Shown in pieces: positions 14,434 to 31,827 of a stretch of 64,000 nucleotides of DNA. Numbering within the stretch: position 1 is the stretch's first letter; each line of letters begins with the position of its first letter. Location: NCBI GenBank assembly GCA_964016885.1, contig OZ024761.1, positions 10,354,001 through 10,418,000 on the forward strand, read 5' to 3'. The stretch is from Eledone cirrhosa. Its lineage: Eukaryota. The position numbers were made by a program, and so were the translations under genes. Below the pieces are notes generated by a model. The model had not been told where the DNA came from and ran no database searches. It saw nothing but the letters and a program-made list of their open reading frames with translations.

Positions 14434-14806
14434 TCTAGGAGAAGGAAAACTATGATATAACACCTGCAACCCTGATGGTATCCAATGATGTTGACTTGTT
14501 CTTCTTTTTGGTAAATATCATCTTAGTTAAGAGAGTGGGACTGGCTTTGTGCAGTGCCTTTGCTTACTATAAAAGCTTCACGGCACAGGCATTGCTTTAT
14601 ATCTAGAGATCTCTCTGCACTTGTCGTCACATGGTACCATGGGCCCAGCACTATGTGTCAATAATTGTCACAGGTGTAGTGTTTGTACCAGAGTGTTCAA
14701 GTCGCTGGCTGGACTAAAAAGTCACACTCGTTCCGCGCATCGGTAGGAGTTCTCCTACATGGATATAAAGTAGTGGCCGTACTCGAAAACGAGTTGGCAG
14801 CCACCA
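14434..14806 (+). mobile_element. Non-autonomous LINE-derived element with C2H2 zinc-finger remnant and (TA)n tail
   Basis: Near-identical to 28195-28568 and, in part, 28985-29247. Encodes CSVCTRVFKSLAGLKSHTRSAHR*, then a short hairpin CTCGAAAACGAG and (TA)n. Confidence 0.7.
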
Positions 14807-16577
14807 TATATATATATGATTGTATGTGTATATAAATGTATGTGACTATATGGGTGTATGTATATATATGTATATGTATATCTGAGTATATGTGTTTGTA
14901 TGTGTTTATAAATGTATGTGTTAGTATGTGTATATAAATGTGTGTTGTGAGTATATATGTTTGTATGTGTATATAAATGTATGTGTTTGTATGTGTGAGT
15001 ATATATGTTTGTATGTGTATATAAATGCATGTGTGAGTATGTGTTTGTATGTGTATGAGTATATATAAATGTATGTGTGGGTATGTGTTTGTATGTGAGT
15101 ATGTAAATGTGTTTCTGTGTGGCAACAATGGCAGATGGTTTAGTCAAGTGTCGTCTTAAGAACTCTTCAAGAACAAGTCATGAACTTGGAGTAAGGTGTT
15201 GATACTATCTCAAATGTTGGGGGTGAATTTAAACACTTGAGGGTTTCCTGGGGTACATGTGGGGTGGGCTATCAACAAATGTTTCAACTTAACAAGTAAA
15301 CTTACATTTAGCTATACAAGAGAACATCTTAATTAGTTTGATAGAATCTCAGTTATCTTTGTTAGGAATACCTCTTAGTACTCTTTTGGCTCATTTACTG
15401 GTTTCAGTCACGAAGCTGTGGCCATGCTGGGGCATTATCTTGATCATTTGTTTAACCCCAGTATGTATTTCAAGTTTGTTACTTATTTTATCGGTGTCTA
15501 TTTGTCAGACTGCTATGTTGAAGGGACCTAAACAAACAACCAACCAAGATTGTGTTTCCACGTATGAAATTTCTTTTCTAGATCTTCCACATACAGCTCA
15601 TCAGCTAACAGGACAGTTCCCATGGACTGCTGGACTCTAAACTTCTCTATAGTCACTTAAAGAATTATAATAAACTTATAGTCATTTAAATTAAAGAATT
15701 ATAATAAAATTATAGTCACTTAAAGAATTATATATAAACCATATTCCTGATAGTCTTAGGGTGCTGTATTGACATGCAGCGTTTCTTGGACATTTTAATC
15801 CCGGCAGAGACCATCACTCTCCAGGCCTGAATACAGCAGATTTCTGCCAGAGAAGGATAGGAAGTGAGATGAAGATATAGAGGAAGAATCGACTCCTGTA
15901 CTAGACTGATATTTATTTATTGACCTCGAATGGTTGAAAGGCAAAGTTGACCACAGCAGGATTTGAACTCCGAGAGTAGAGTACCAGAGGGAATACTGCA
16001 AAGCATTCTATTGGATGTTAAACATGTTGACTAATCAGGGGTGTATATGTACCACACTAATCAGTGAATAATGAACCAATTAGATTTAAGCACTCGACAT
16101 GTGAATCCTTCCAAATTCAATTTGTTAGTCCATGATGGAGAATATGTACAATAATTTTTGGAACAAGGCCAGCAATTACCCCAGTGAATTACTGGTGCTT
16201 TATTCTATCAACCCCGTAAGGATGAAAGGCAAAGTTGACCTCGGCAGGATTTGAACTCAGACCGTAAAGGGCCATAATTCTATGTTGCAAAGCAGATGTC
16301 CAACGCTCTACCGATTTTGCCAAAGTTCAGATGTACATATTCATAATTCCGTTAATCATAATCAACCGTGATACATATTTCTGTGGCATTCACGACTACG
16401 TGATGTTGTGATCACACAACCACCAACACAACTTCATCAGACAGCATGTTAGGTATTAAGGTTGTTATATTGGTAATGCAATACAAGCTATGGACAAGTT
16501 TGATGATGTTTCCATTATCAAAGTCTGTCCCCTTGTGAATTCTAGTTCCACTAGTTAAGAGTATACATTATATTCAT

Positions 16578-17100
16578 CAGAGGTACCCAACTACAGGGCC
16601 ACGGACTGGTACCGGTCTGTGGGTCATTTGCTACCGGACCGCAAAGAAATCATTAACTTGTTTAAAATTATATAATAGATAAATTGAATATTGGATTTTT
16701 AATTTAAAAAGATTTGTTTAAATATTTAATATTCATCTACTTTAACCCTTTAGCATTTAAACCGGCCATATCCAGCCATAATTCTCTCACCTCTTTCTGT
16801 TTCAACCGGCCATAACTAGCCCCTCATACCGATGTTAAGGTATTGTTCTCAAAATAAATAATATCAAAATCTCAGATTCGATATTATGTGAGATAATTAT
16901 CTGAGGCAAAGCCTTTACCGTGAAAATATAATAGTAAATATAGAGTAATGTAAATGGTAAAGGGTTAATAAATTGCTCTTTATATTATTGCTCTCTTTAT
17001 CGAAATGCACTTAAATAACACATATGTGCAACTACCGGTCCGCAGAAAGATTGTCCAGCGTGAAGCCGGTCTGTGGTATAAAGAAGCTTGGAGACCATTG
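16578..17100. mobile_element. hAT-like MITE carrying a nested TTAA-type MITE
   Basis: Imperfect TIRs CAGAGGTACCCAA...TTGGAGACCATTG with subterminal ACCGGT motifs; target duplication poorly preserved. Confidence 0.55.
16746..16964. mobile_element. piggyBac-like MITE (TTAA target duplication)
   Basis: TTAA|CCCTTTAGCATTTA...TAAATGGTAAAGGG|TTAA. Copies at 20305-20525, 22556-22772, 25153-25374; partial copies at ~42225 and ~42696. Confidence 0.85.
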
Positions 17101-17484
17101 ATATAGACGTAGTTATATAGTTAACTGTGTATGTTATATATAACTACAATATGGAGTTAAGTATCTATATTATATACACATTTATATAGTCAACTGTGTA
17201 TATATTATATACACATATAGAGCTGACTGTGTATATTTAAATACACATTTATACAGTCAACAGTGTGTATATGTATATATATATATATATATGTGTATTT
17301 ATTTGGCCAAGTATGTATATATTATATACATATGTGTATATATTTTGATTATTGATAGTTGGGCAGGGTGGGGTGGTTGTTAGTTTAGTGTGTGTAACTG
17401 GAACACCACTGTGTGTGTGTCATCATCTCAATTTAATGGCCATTTTTCCACACTGGTATGTACATATACATATATATGTATAAA

Positions 17485-17529
<45 letters not shown>

Positions 17530-17558
17530 TTCGTTTCTGACCCTCCCAAAGTATAACA

Positions 17559-17589
<31 letters not shown>

Positions 17590-17884
17590 CATATACATTT
17601 TCATACACATGAAATTTTCAGTCACATGAATACACACACATACATTGTGTACATATATATATATATGTGTGTGTGTGTGTATATATATGTGTGTGTGTGT
17701 GTGTATATGTATGTGTGTGTGTGTGTGTGTGTTAACATGAATTCCACCGACAGCTGCAATAATCTGGCTCTTTAACCCCCAGCTCCTCCCAAGACATCAG
17801 TGACTCCACACCCCTACGACTCTAAAGCCCTTCCCCTACATTTTTTATTCTTCCAGCAGCCTCCACCATATACCACCTCATTTC

Positions 17885-18030
17885 TCTCTCACCCACCCCA
17901 ATTCTCCATAGTCCCCCTCTCTCTCTCACCCACCCCACTCTCCATAGTCCCCCTCTCTCTCTCACCCACCCCACTCTCCATAGTCCCCCTCTCTCTCTCA
18001 CCCACCCCACTCTCCATAGTCCCTCTCTCT
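17885..18030. repeat. 36-bp CT-rich minisatellite
   Basis: Unit CTCTCTCACCCACCCCACTCTCCATAGTCCCCCTCT, about 4 copies. Confidence 0.85.
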
Positions 18031-18323
18031 CACTCTCTGTCAGACCACTTTACAAATGTTATCTTGTAATAACTGTAAAAAGCCCCCCCCCCCCCACACT
18101 CAACCCTGCTCCATTTTTATCAAGTCCTGCTTCCCCAGCAGTTAGAAATCCCTTCTCCCCCCCCCCCCCCGAAATCCTGCTCTATCTCACCCCTTCTCCT
18201 GTTGCTGTAAGTTTGGGTAGTGGTGTGTTACTTAGAGTTGTTTTAGTAAGCACCCCAGCTCCCCTTCCACCAGATCACTACATCATTATTTACTTATATA
18301 GTTTGTTATTTTTGCCACATAAA

Positions 18324-18377
<54 letters not shown>

Positions 18378-18937
18378 CATCATTTAAAGTCCTAGTAGAT
18401 ATCCCTACTAGACTATGTATATATGTGTGTGTGTATTTCTCCCCCCCCCCTCTCTCATATATATATATATATATAAATTGTTTCTACTTTAGGCACAAAG
18501 CCAGCAAATACTCAGTACATTACTGGTACTTTATTTTATTGACACCCCCCCCCCCCCCCCGTAAGGATGAAATAATGTTAGACAGGGTGAGCTGGAGGTG
18601 GAACCTCATCATGACACCATTAGCAGATGAATAGAAAAATAGAGATATTACTTTCTTGAGATTCTTGATTACTTTCAAGAATTTTCATCAGAAATCTGGC
18701 AATATAGCAAGAAAAGGGTTAATTATGGGAGGCCCCAATCTTATCAACTCTCTTCGACTGTTTTCTTTTTTCTGTTTATAATGTTTTCTCCTCTTTCTTC
18801 TATTTCAGTGTGAGCCGTTTTAGATAATTTCCTGTGAATTCAGGAAGCAGATCTGTCCTCCGTTTCCCCGTCATCTTCTTCTCCTTCCTCTTAGTCTCGA
18901 CTTTGTGTGCAGTTATATCTTGCGCCACCCTAACACA

Positions 18938-24123
<5,186 letters not shown>

Positions 24124-24124
24124 A

Positions 24125-25130
24125 TTGAAAAAAAAAAAAAAAAAAAGAGAGAAATTTATGTTTGATTAGACAGAACACTGCAGATATTGACACCTTTCCT
24201 TGTCTCCTTTACCTCCATCATCTTAATCTGTCCCCCTTTGTCTCTTAAATTCTGCAAGATTATTACCATCTTTTATGTCTTTTTCTTACTGAGGATGGAA
24301 ATCACTGTTTGAAAACTCATAAAGAAAATATAACAGATTAGAAAAAAAACACTGCAGATATAACATCTTGCCTGTTCCCTCTCTCTGATCATCATCTGTC
24401 CATCATTGTCTCTGAAATTCAGCGAGGTTTGCAAAGCTTTTGACACCTTCATTGATGCTGTGAGTCTTAAAATTGCTTCTGGTTAACTGAACAGATACGA
24501 AAAAAATAGATTACACAGAACACAGAAAGAAGACTATACATAACATCTTGTCTGTTTCTCCTCTTCTGAAATTCAACAAGATTATTGCCATTTTTGTTTT
24601 AATCATGCTGTAAATCTGTAAGTCCATACTGCAGCTGCTGAACTGAAAGATAGGTGAAATAATACTGAGATAGGAAATAATACTGCTGCTATTTAACATC
24701 TGGTCTCATCATCCCTCTTAGATTTAAATCCTTATGCATCACTGTCTCTAGAATTTGATGAGATTACTGCCGTTTTATGTCTTTCTTGATGCTGTGAATC
24801 TAAATTGCTGATGGTGAACTGGAAAAAAAAAAAAAAGGCTGAGCTGAAATAATACTCAAATAAGAAAGAAATTTCAAATATGACATCTTGTTTGATTCCT
24901 CTTCAGTTTTTTATCTTATCCATCATAAACTCTTGTCATGGTGTGAGTATAAACAGCTCTAGCCCGCTGAAATTGAAAAAAAAATATATATATATATTAT
25001 ATGGATAAAAAAGAAAATTGAAGATCTAAAATCTCCTTGTCTGTTAACCCCCAATTTGATTTTTAAACCTTATCTATGATCATCTCTTAAATTAACCAAG
25101 ATTACCACCATATTTTTAACACCATCCTTG
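24125..25130 (+). repeat. Degenerate ~170-190-bp tandem repeat (~6 copies) after the LIX1L stop
   Basis: Ordered recurring blocks: (GA)ACTGAAAA.., ACATCTTG(T/C)CTGTT, TCTCT(T/G)AAATTC, AAGATTA(T/C)T(A/G)CC, TGCTGTGA.TCT near 24175, 24348, 24530, 24680, 24870, 25020. Confidence 0.65.
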
Positions 25131-25152
25131 TGTTGAACTAAACTACCGTTAA

Positions 25153-25374
25153 CCCTTTAGCATTTACATTACTCTATATTTACTATTGCATTTTCACGGT
25201 AATGGCTTTATTTCACTTAATTATCTCACATAATATTGCATCTATGAGATTTTGATATTATTTATTTTGAGAACAATACCTTAACATCGGTATGAGTGGC
25301 CAGTTACAGCCGGTTTGAACAAAAAGAGGTGAGAGAATTCTGGCTGGATATGGCCAGTTTTAAATGCCAAAGGG
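25153..25374. mobile_element. piggyBac-like MITE
   Basis: TTAA|CCCTTTAGCATTTA...TAAATGCCAAAGGG|TTAA. Confidence 0.85.
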
Positions 25375-26067
25375 TTAAATGTTACAATGGCTGTGTTTTT
25401 ACAATACTTTGAACACCAGCAATGGTTAGCAAGGGTTTCATATTATGGCCACCACCTCCCACTAAAAAAAAAAGGGTAAGGGGTTTCACTTATATGTCAC
25501 AGCTTTTAGTAACTGATTGATCCCTTTCATTTTAACTTGTTACAAATTTTAGACTGCTCCCCACCCCGTTTTTCTCCCTTTTAATTGGTTGGTTAATTAA
25601 TTTTTTTTTTTAGGAGGTGGAGGTCGTTTGTTTGTTGTAAATGAATGAAGGATCTCTCTCTCTTTGCCACCCCATCACAGCCATCTTTTTATTCAAACAG
25701 TTGCAATTCTTTCATTGTTTTCCACCGTCACGTGCCAATCCCTATCCCACCTTCCTCCCCCTGTTTTATTATGGATATTTTATTAATTCTTTGTAGGTGT
25801 GTATGAAGGTGTGTGTGTATGAAGATGGGTGTGTGAGGGAGAGAGAAAGAGAGACTGAACTGAAGGGAATCATTGTTACTTTAACACACACTATTATATA
25901 TAACATGGCTTATATATATATATATATAAATAAGTGGCTTCTACAAGACTAGAACTGTTTCATATTTTTTTGAGGACCACTGCTAGGTAGTGTTCATCAT
26001 ACTAGTTACAATAACCTGGGCTCGTCAGACGGTATAAAAGCCTAAACCTTTTTTAAAGGTTTTCATA

Positions 26068-26146
26068 CCGTCTGATGAGCTCAGGTTATCATAATTTGTC
26101 GAACGAACACTATCTAGTTGTGGTCCTCAGCGAAATGTGTATCACA
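26068..26146 (+). ncRNA. Hammerhead ribozyme-like motif (decayed stem I) in the right arm of a foldback at ~25970-26130
   Basis: CTGATGA 26072-78, stem II GCTCAGG/CCTCAGC with a large loop, GAAA 26132-35, T(GTGT)A, ATC at 26141-43. The left arm carries the antisense CTGACGA-GCCCAGG copy. Confidence 0.55.
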
Positions 26147-26337
26147 GAGATATAAAGAAACCTAAATCAACGACATATGGCCTCCGATCTATTTAATGCT
26201 ATATATATATATAAAATAAAATTTAAAAAACTACATGGCTGAATACAATAAATGTAATCTGAGTTTTTCGAATATTAATAATAACATTCGATTCGTTTGC
26301 AATTATGCAAACAAGCCTCATTTTTAAAGCCATTTTT

Positions 26338-26387
26338 GAGCTGTACTGATGAAGGGTGATACCCAGAAACATTAGTGTCTGCAGTTC
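26338..26387 (+). ncRNA. Type-I minimal hammerhead ribozyme in the loop of a foldback element (~26245-26510)
   Basis: GAGCTGTA-CTGATGA-A GGGT GAT ACCC A-GAAA-CA(TTAG)TG-TC-TGCAGTTC. 8-bp stem I, predicted cleavage after GTC at 26379; the first stem II pair is a non-canonical A.A. Confidence 0.75.
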
Positions 26388-27012
26388 TGTTTACATGCCA
26401 ACACAAGAGCAAGAATGAAGGGTTCATTCTACTGACATGGCTTTAAAAATGAGGCTTGTGCAATCGAGTCGAATGTTATTAATATTCGAAAAACTCAGAT
26501 TACATTTATATATATATATATTATTATTTACACACACCCTCTACCAATGAATATTTGGCATTGTGTCTCGTTAAAAGGAATTTATATTTATTAACTTAAT
26601 GAAAGCAATAACGATGATTATTATATTGTTAGTATTATGAAATTTTTCTAAATAAAATTTCCGGATCAGCTAAGGTAGAATTCATTCATTGCCAACTGGC
26701 TGGTGCAAATTGAAAATGTTGAGTTATCTGCCCTTGATATTTTTGTGTCGGTGGAGGAATGGCTCGTAAAGAATGGGTTAACAGGTCAGCCATTTCTTCT
26801 TTTTTCTTCTTCTTACTTAGCCAGAGTAATTTGTTACTTATATATGTGTAATATTGATGTAAATAGATTTATATTGATTTAATTAAGTAGCTGTCATTGG
26901 AGTCAACTCTATATATCGCTGTGAACTGTAGATTGAATATAATATATAGTGGGTCAAGTATGAAATTTGTAGAAAAAAAAACATTTCCTCAAATTTCATA
27001 CTTCACGAACCA

Positions 27013-27027
27013 ATATATATATATATA

Positions 27028-27095
<68 letters not shown>

Positions 27096-27404
27096 ATGTA
27101 TATATATATATATATATTGTATGTATATATATATATATATATTGTATGTATATATATATATATATATTGTATGTATATATATATATATATATTGTATGTA
27201 TATATATATATATATATTGTATGTATATATATATATATATATTGTATGTATATATATATATATATATTGTATGTATATATATATATATATATATATATTG
27301 TATGTATATATATATATATATATATATTGTATGTATATATATATATATTGTATGTATATATATATATATATATTGTATGTATATATATATGTATGTATAT
27401 ATAT
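27013..27404. repeat. (TA)n microsatellite with periodic TTGTATG interruptions
   Basis: ~25-bp period seen directly. Confidence 0.9.
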
Positions 27405-27558
27405 AAGGTGGGCGAAGACAACTGAGAAACGAACGAAACATAGGACAGTCTCTTCTCATCAGTTGACCTCTAGAGGTAATGCACCGAAATCAGGACCTCC
27501 AGAGGTCGACTGATGAGAAGGGACTGTCCTCTGTTTCGTCCGTCTTAGCCCCACCTTT
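27405..27558. repeat. Imperfect foldback element next to (TA)n
   Basis: AAGGTGGG..CGAAACATAGGACAGTCTCTTCTCATCAGTTGACCTCTAGAGGT / ACCTCCAGAGGTCGACTGATGAGAAGGGACTGTCCTCTGTTTCG..CCCACCTT. Confidence 0.85.
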
Positions 27559-28030
27559 TTAAAAATTAATTTTATAGATCTTAACCGCGTGGGACATTCT
27601 TTCACACACACACACACACATATATATATATAGTTATTCTTTTACTGTGGCCTTGCTGGAGCAGTGCCTTCTTGGATTTAGCTGAACACATAGACCCCCC
27701 CCCCTACTTATTTTGTCAATCTCTTTATGGCGAACTGCTAAGTTATAGGACATAAACAGTAAATGTAAACACAGACGTTGACGCACATGTAGCATCATGT
27801 ACGTGTGTTGTGTGGATGTATATAAACATAAACAGCAGGTTTTCATACAGTGTCTGTCTACCAATTTACCCTTACAAGCCTTTGGTCTACCGGAAGCCGA
27901 AGTAAGAGACACTGGCCCTTGTGCCATGCAGTGACACAGTGGGAGTGAACCTGGTTGCAAAATGAATTTCTTAACAACACATCCATGCTTATATTTATAC
28001 ACATGTGTGTGTATAAATATATATATATAC

Positions 28031-28674
28031 GACTAAACTGGCAACCCCACCAAGGTTTCTTGGTGAGGAGGGTGACTTTGGACATCCTGCAGGACTAAAA
28101 ACAAAACCTGTCAAAGGGCAAAGGAGCTCTTAAAAGTCAATGGCCATCCAAAATCACCGGGAGAGATGACCCCTTAGCCTTTGTCAAGGCAGAATTCTAG
28201 GAGAAGGAAAACTCTGATATAACACCTGCAACCCTGATGGTATCCAATGATGTTGACTTGTTCTTCTTTTTGGTAAATATCATCTTGGTTAAGAGAGTGG
28301 GACTGGCTTTGTGCAGTGCCTTTGCTCACTATAAAAGCTTCACGGCACAGGCATTGCTTTGTATCTGGAGATCTCTCTGCACTTGTCCTCACATGGTACC
28401 ATGGGCCCAGCACTATGTGTCAATAATTGTCACAGGTGTAGTGTTTGTACCAGAGTTTTCAAGTCGCTGGCTGGACTAAAAAGTCACACTCGTTCAGCGC
28501 TTCGGTAGGGGTTCTCCTACATGGATATAAAGTAGTGGCCGTACTCGAAAACGAGTTGGCAGCCACCATATGTATGTATATGTGTATATGTATGTATATG
28601 TATATGTGTATGTATGTGTATGTATATGTGTATGTATGTGTATGTGTATGTATGTATATATGTGTATATGTATG

Positions 28675-28705
<31 letters not shown>

Positions 28706-29247
28706 GTATGTATGTATGTATGTGTATGTATGTATGTATGTGTATATGTATGTATATATGTATATGTATATATATGTATGTATGTGTATGTGTATGTATA
28801 TGTATGTGTATGTATGTGTATGTGTGTGTATATGTATGTATGTATGTATGTATATATGTATGTATGTATATGTATATGTATGTGTGTATGTATGTATATA
28901 TGTATGTATGTATGTATATATGTATGTATGTGTATATGTATGTATGTGTATATGTATGTATATGTATATGTATATATATATGCTGCTTTGTGCAGTGCCT
29001 TTGCTCACTATAAAAGCTTCACAGCACAGGCATTGCTTTATATCTGGAGATCTCTCTGCACTGGTCGTCACATGGTACCATGGGCCCAGCACTATGTGTC
29101 AATAATTGTCACAAGTGTAGTGTTTGTACCAGAGTTTTCAAGTCGCTGGCTGGACTAAAAAGTCACATTCGTTCAGCGCATTGGTAGGGGTTCTCCTACA
29201 TGGATATAAAGTAGTGGCCGTACTCGAAAACGAGTTGGCAGCCACCA
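28031..29247 (+). mobile_element. Longest copy (28031-28568) plus tandem partial copy (28985-29247) of the zinc-finger-remnant element, separated by a (TATG)n tract
   Basis: Direct identity with 14434-14806. Confidence 0.75.
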
Positions 29248-31827
29248 TATATATATATATATATATATCCAACCCATGCCAAACTCATGAAAGTGAATAA
29301 AGTGTTTCCTTTCATGTCTTGCCAAAATTTTGACATTTATTTTATTATATTTAAATCTTTATTTTTTTCCTTGCTTTTGTCTTTTGTTCTAAAATTTCTC
29401 CCCTATTTCCGTTGCTTAGTCTAACTCCACCGACTTCAATACATGCTTGCATATTTGCTTTCAATGAAAGCTTAGATTAAACCATCTTACGCTACCACAT
29501 CTGCAACCTTGCTTAAGTCTTTGTCTCGTCACCTTATTCCCAACACTCGAAATAAAAAAAAATTTAAATCACTCGAAATAAAATAATATTCATCAAACTA
29601 TTTTGCTATGCCAGTATCGTAAAGTGACAAACTAAACAGTCACCATTAACAACATATATTGACTCTGTATACCGCGTGTCTGTCTCTCTCTCCGGCTTCA
29701 AAAGTCACTGTCGCAGGAACAATCAGATATATGTCAACCTGTCAGCAATTGTTATGCTCGTCTAACGAGTAGACAGCCATTATGTATGGACGGTGGATTG
29801 GCAGTATCGGTAGAGGGTCGGATGCCATGCTTTGGCGCATAGAGTTACGGCCCTTGCCATTCTGAGTTCAAAATCCCCCCGAGGTTAACTTTGCCTTTCA
29901 TCCTTACGGGGTCGATAAAATAAAGTACCAGTAATACACTGGGTAATTGCTGGCCTTGTACCAAAAGTAGAAACAGTTATGTACTCGTAAGTATCGAGTT
30001 GTACGGTCGCCGTCGTGACATACGGATTTTGTTTGGCACTTTTAAACCTGGTGGAGCCCGTCCCCTCTCCAGGATATATACTGGGCATGAGTCCTTAATT
30101 CAATGTATGTTTAGTGTGTGTTTATAAACCACAAACGTATAAAACAAGTATTTATATGTATGTGTGCATATGGATACATGCGTGTGTGTGAGGCAGTGAA
30201 GTGGCAGTTATCTCCCTTGATGTTCAGACTTAAATACCAACTAAGTCGCGTTTGCCTTTCACCGACTCTCTGGTAGGATAAAGTACTGTGCAGGTATGGC
30301 CGTGGTGGAGATTATAGACTGTATATCCCCACCTCACCAATATTAATGGTCGTGTGCCTATGTTAGATATTACTGTATTAAGACGATTACTATAGATGAT
30401 AGTTGAGAAAATTGGGTAAATCATCCCTAAAGACGGGAAAAGGTGGACAGAGGCATGGCGTTTGACCGATGGTCAGTTGGTTCAGCATACCTGTAACCGA
30501 AAACGTTCCAGCTATGATAATTTTTTTTTTTTTTTTTTTTTAATTTCTAGTCATAGTGTATCTAAGACTACATTATCTGATGTGTGTTTACTCTTTTCTT
30601 TGTTTTTAAGATGCTAGGGTTATAATATTAGGTTCTAGCCGATGTGGGTTTATTTCATTATATTCATGTATGTGTAAAACACACACATATACGTGTGTGT
30701 GTATATATTATATATATAATTGTGCGTGTGTGTGAGAGAGCTGGTAAGGAGTTGAGTGATTGTTTTATTTATTTATTTTTGTTTTGTTAGTGAAACTGTC
30801 ACTTGACACTTTGTAGGTCTTATTTATATAACACACACACACACACATATATATAGCTCGGTGGTTAGAGCACTGGTCTTATAAACGAGGGGTGGTGAGT
30901 TCGATCCTCACTGGGGGGCTTCTGATGTTTGCACTTTAAGGGCAGTGTTCCAGCATGGCCTCAGCCAGATGGCTGGAACATGTAAAAGAGTAATATGTAT
31001 ATATATATAGTGTTGATATTATCGTTATTGCTATTATAGGCAAGGTCGGTGGATTGACAGAATCAGAGCATGATACAAAATACTTTGTAACATCCTGTTG
31101 ACGTTAACTTTACCTTGCATCTTTACCGGGTCGATAAAATGCAGTACCAGTAATGCACTGAAGTCTATTCAATCGACTATCCCCTTCTCTTCAAATTGCT
31201 GGCCTTGTACCAAAAGTATAGAAACCATTATTATTATAGGCAATGGATTGGCAGTATCAGTAGAGGGTCAGACGCCATGCTTTGCAGCACAGTGTTATGG
31301 CCCTTTACGTTCTGATTTCAAATCTCGCCGAGGTTAATATTATTATAGGTAACTATACTTGATAAACACAACCAAAAATAACCCCAAATATTTATATTGA
31401 TTATAAAAACTTTTATCTCTCTCCTGCATGTGAAATCTTTCATAAGTGCTGAGTATTGCTGTTTTATTTATAATATACATACATATATATTTACTTATGT
31501 TTTATTATTTTCTTTTAAAATTGCTTTTCAAATTATTTCTTAAAATTTACTTGCTTGTAACAATATATTATGCATGTGTCTATCACACCCCACTTCTCCA
31601 GCCAGCTAACACCCCTCTTAGGGATTTTTCATTTGTTTTAAAGCCATTCCAACACCGACCATCTGCCATATGTTGTGGCTACATGAAAATCCTTACAAAA
31701 CAAAAAAATTACATTCATCGATTAAACCTGAAAACAAAGATAATAAACTGGAAGAAACCCATAGCAAAGCTTTAGTGTAGAATGTTAAGAGAAGTGTGTA
31801 TGTGTGGTAGAATGGAATACTCTAATG

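Noticed and set aside
14660-14746. Exon of a host C2H2 zinc-finger gene
   Set aside because: A single finger inside a multi-copy element with a retroposon-like tail and no supporting splice structure.
26897-29158. YI/CV/MY-rich ORFs
   Set aside because: Translations of (TA)n, (TG)n and (TATG)n microsatellites; the same applies to similar ORFs elsewhere in the window.
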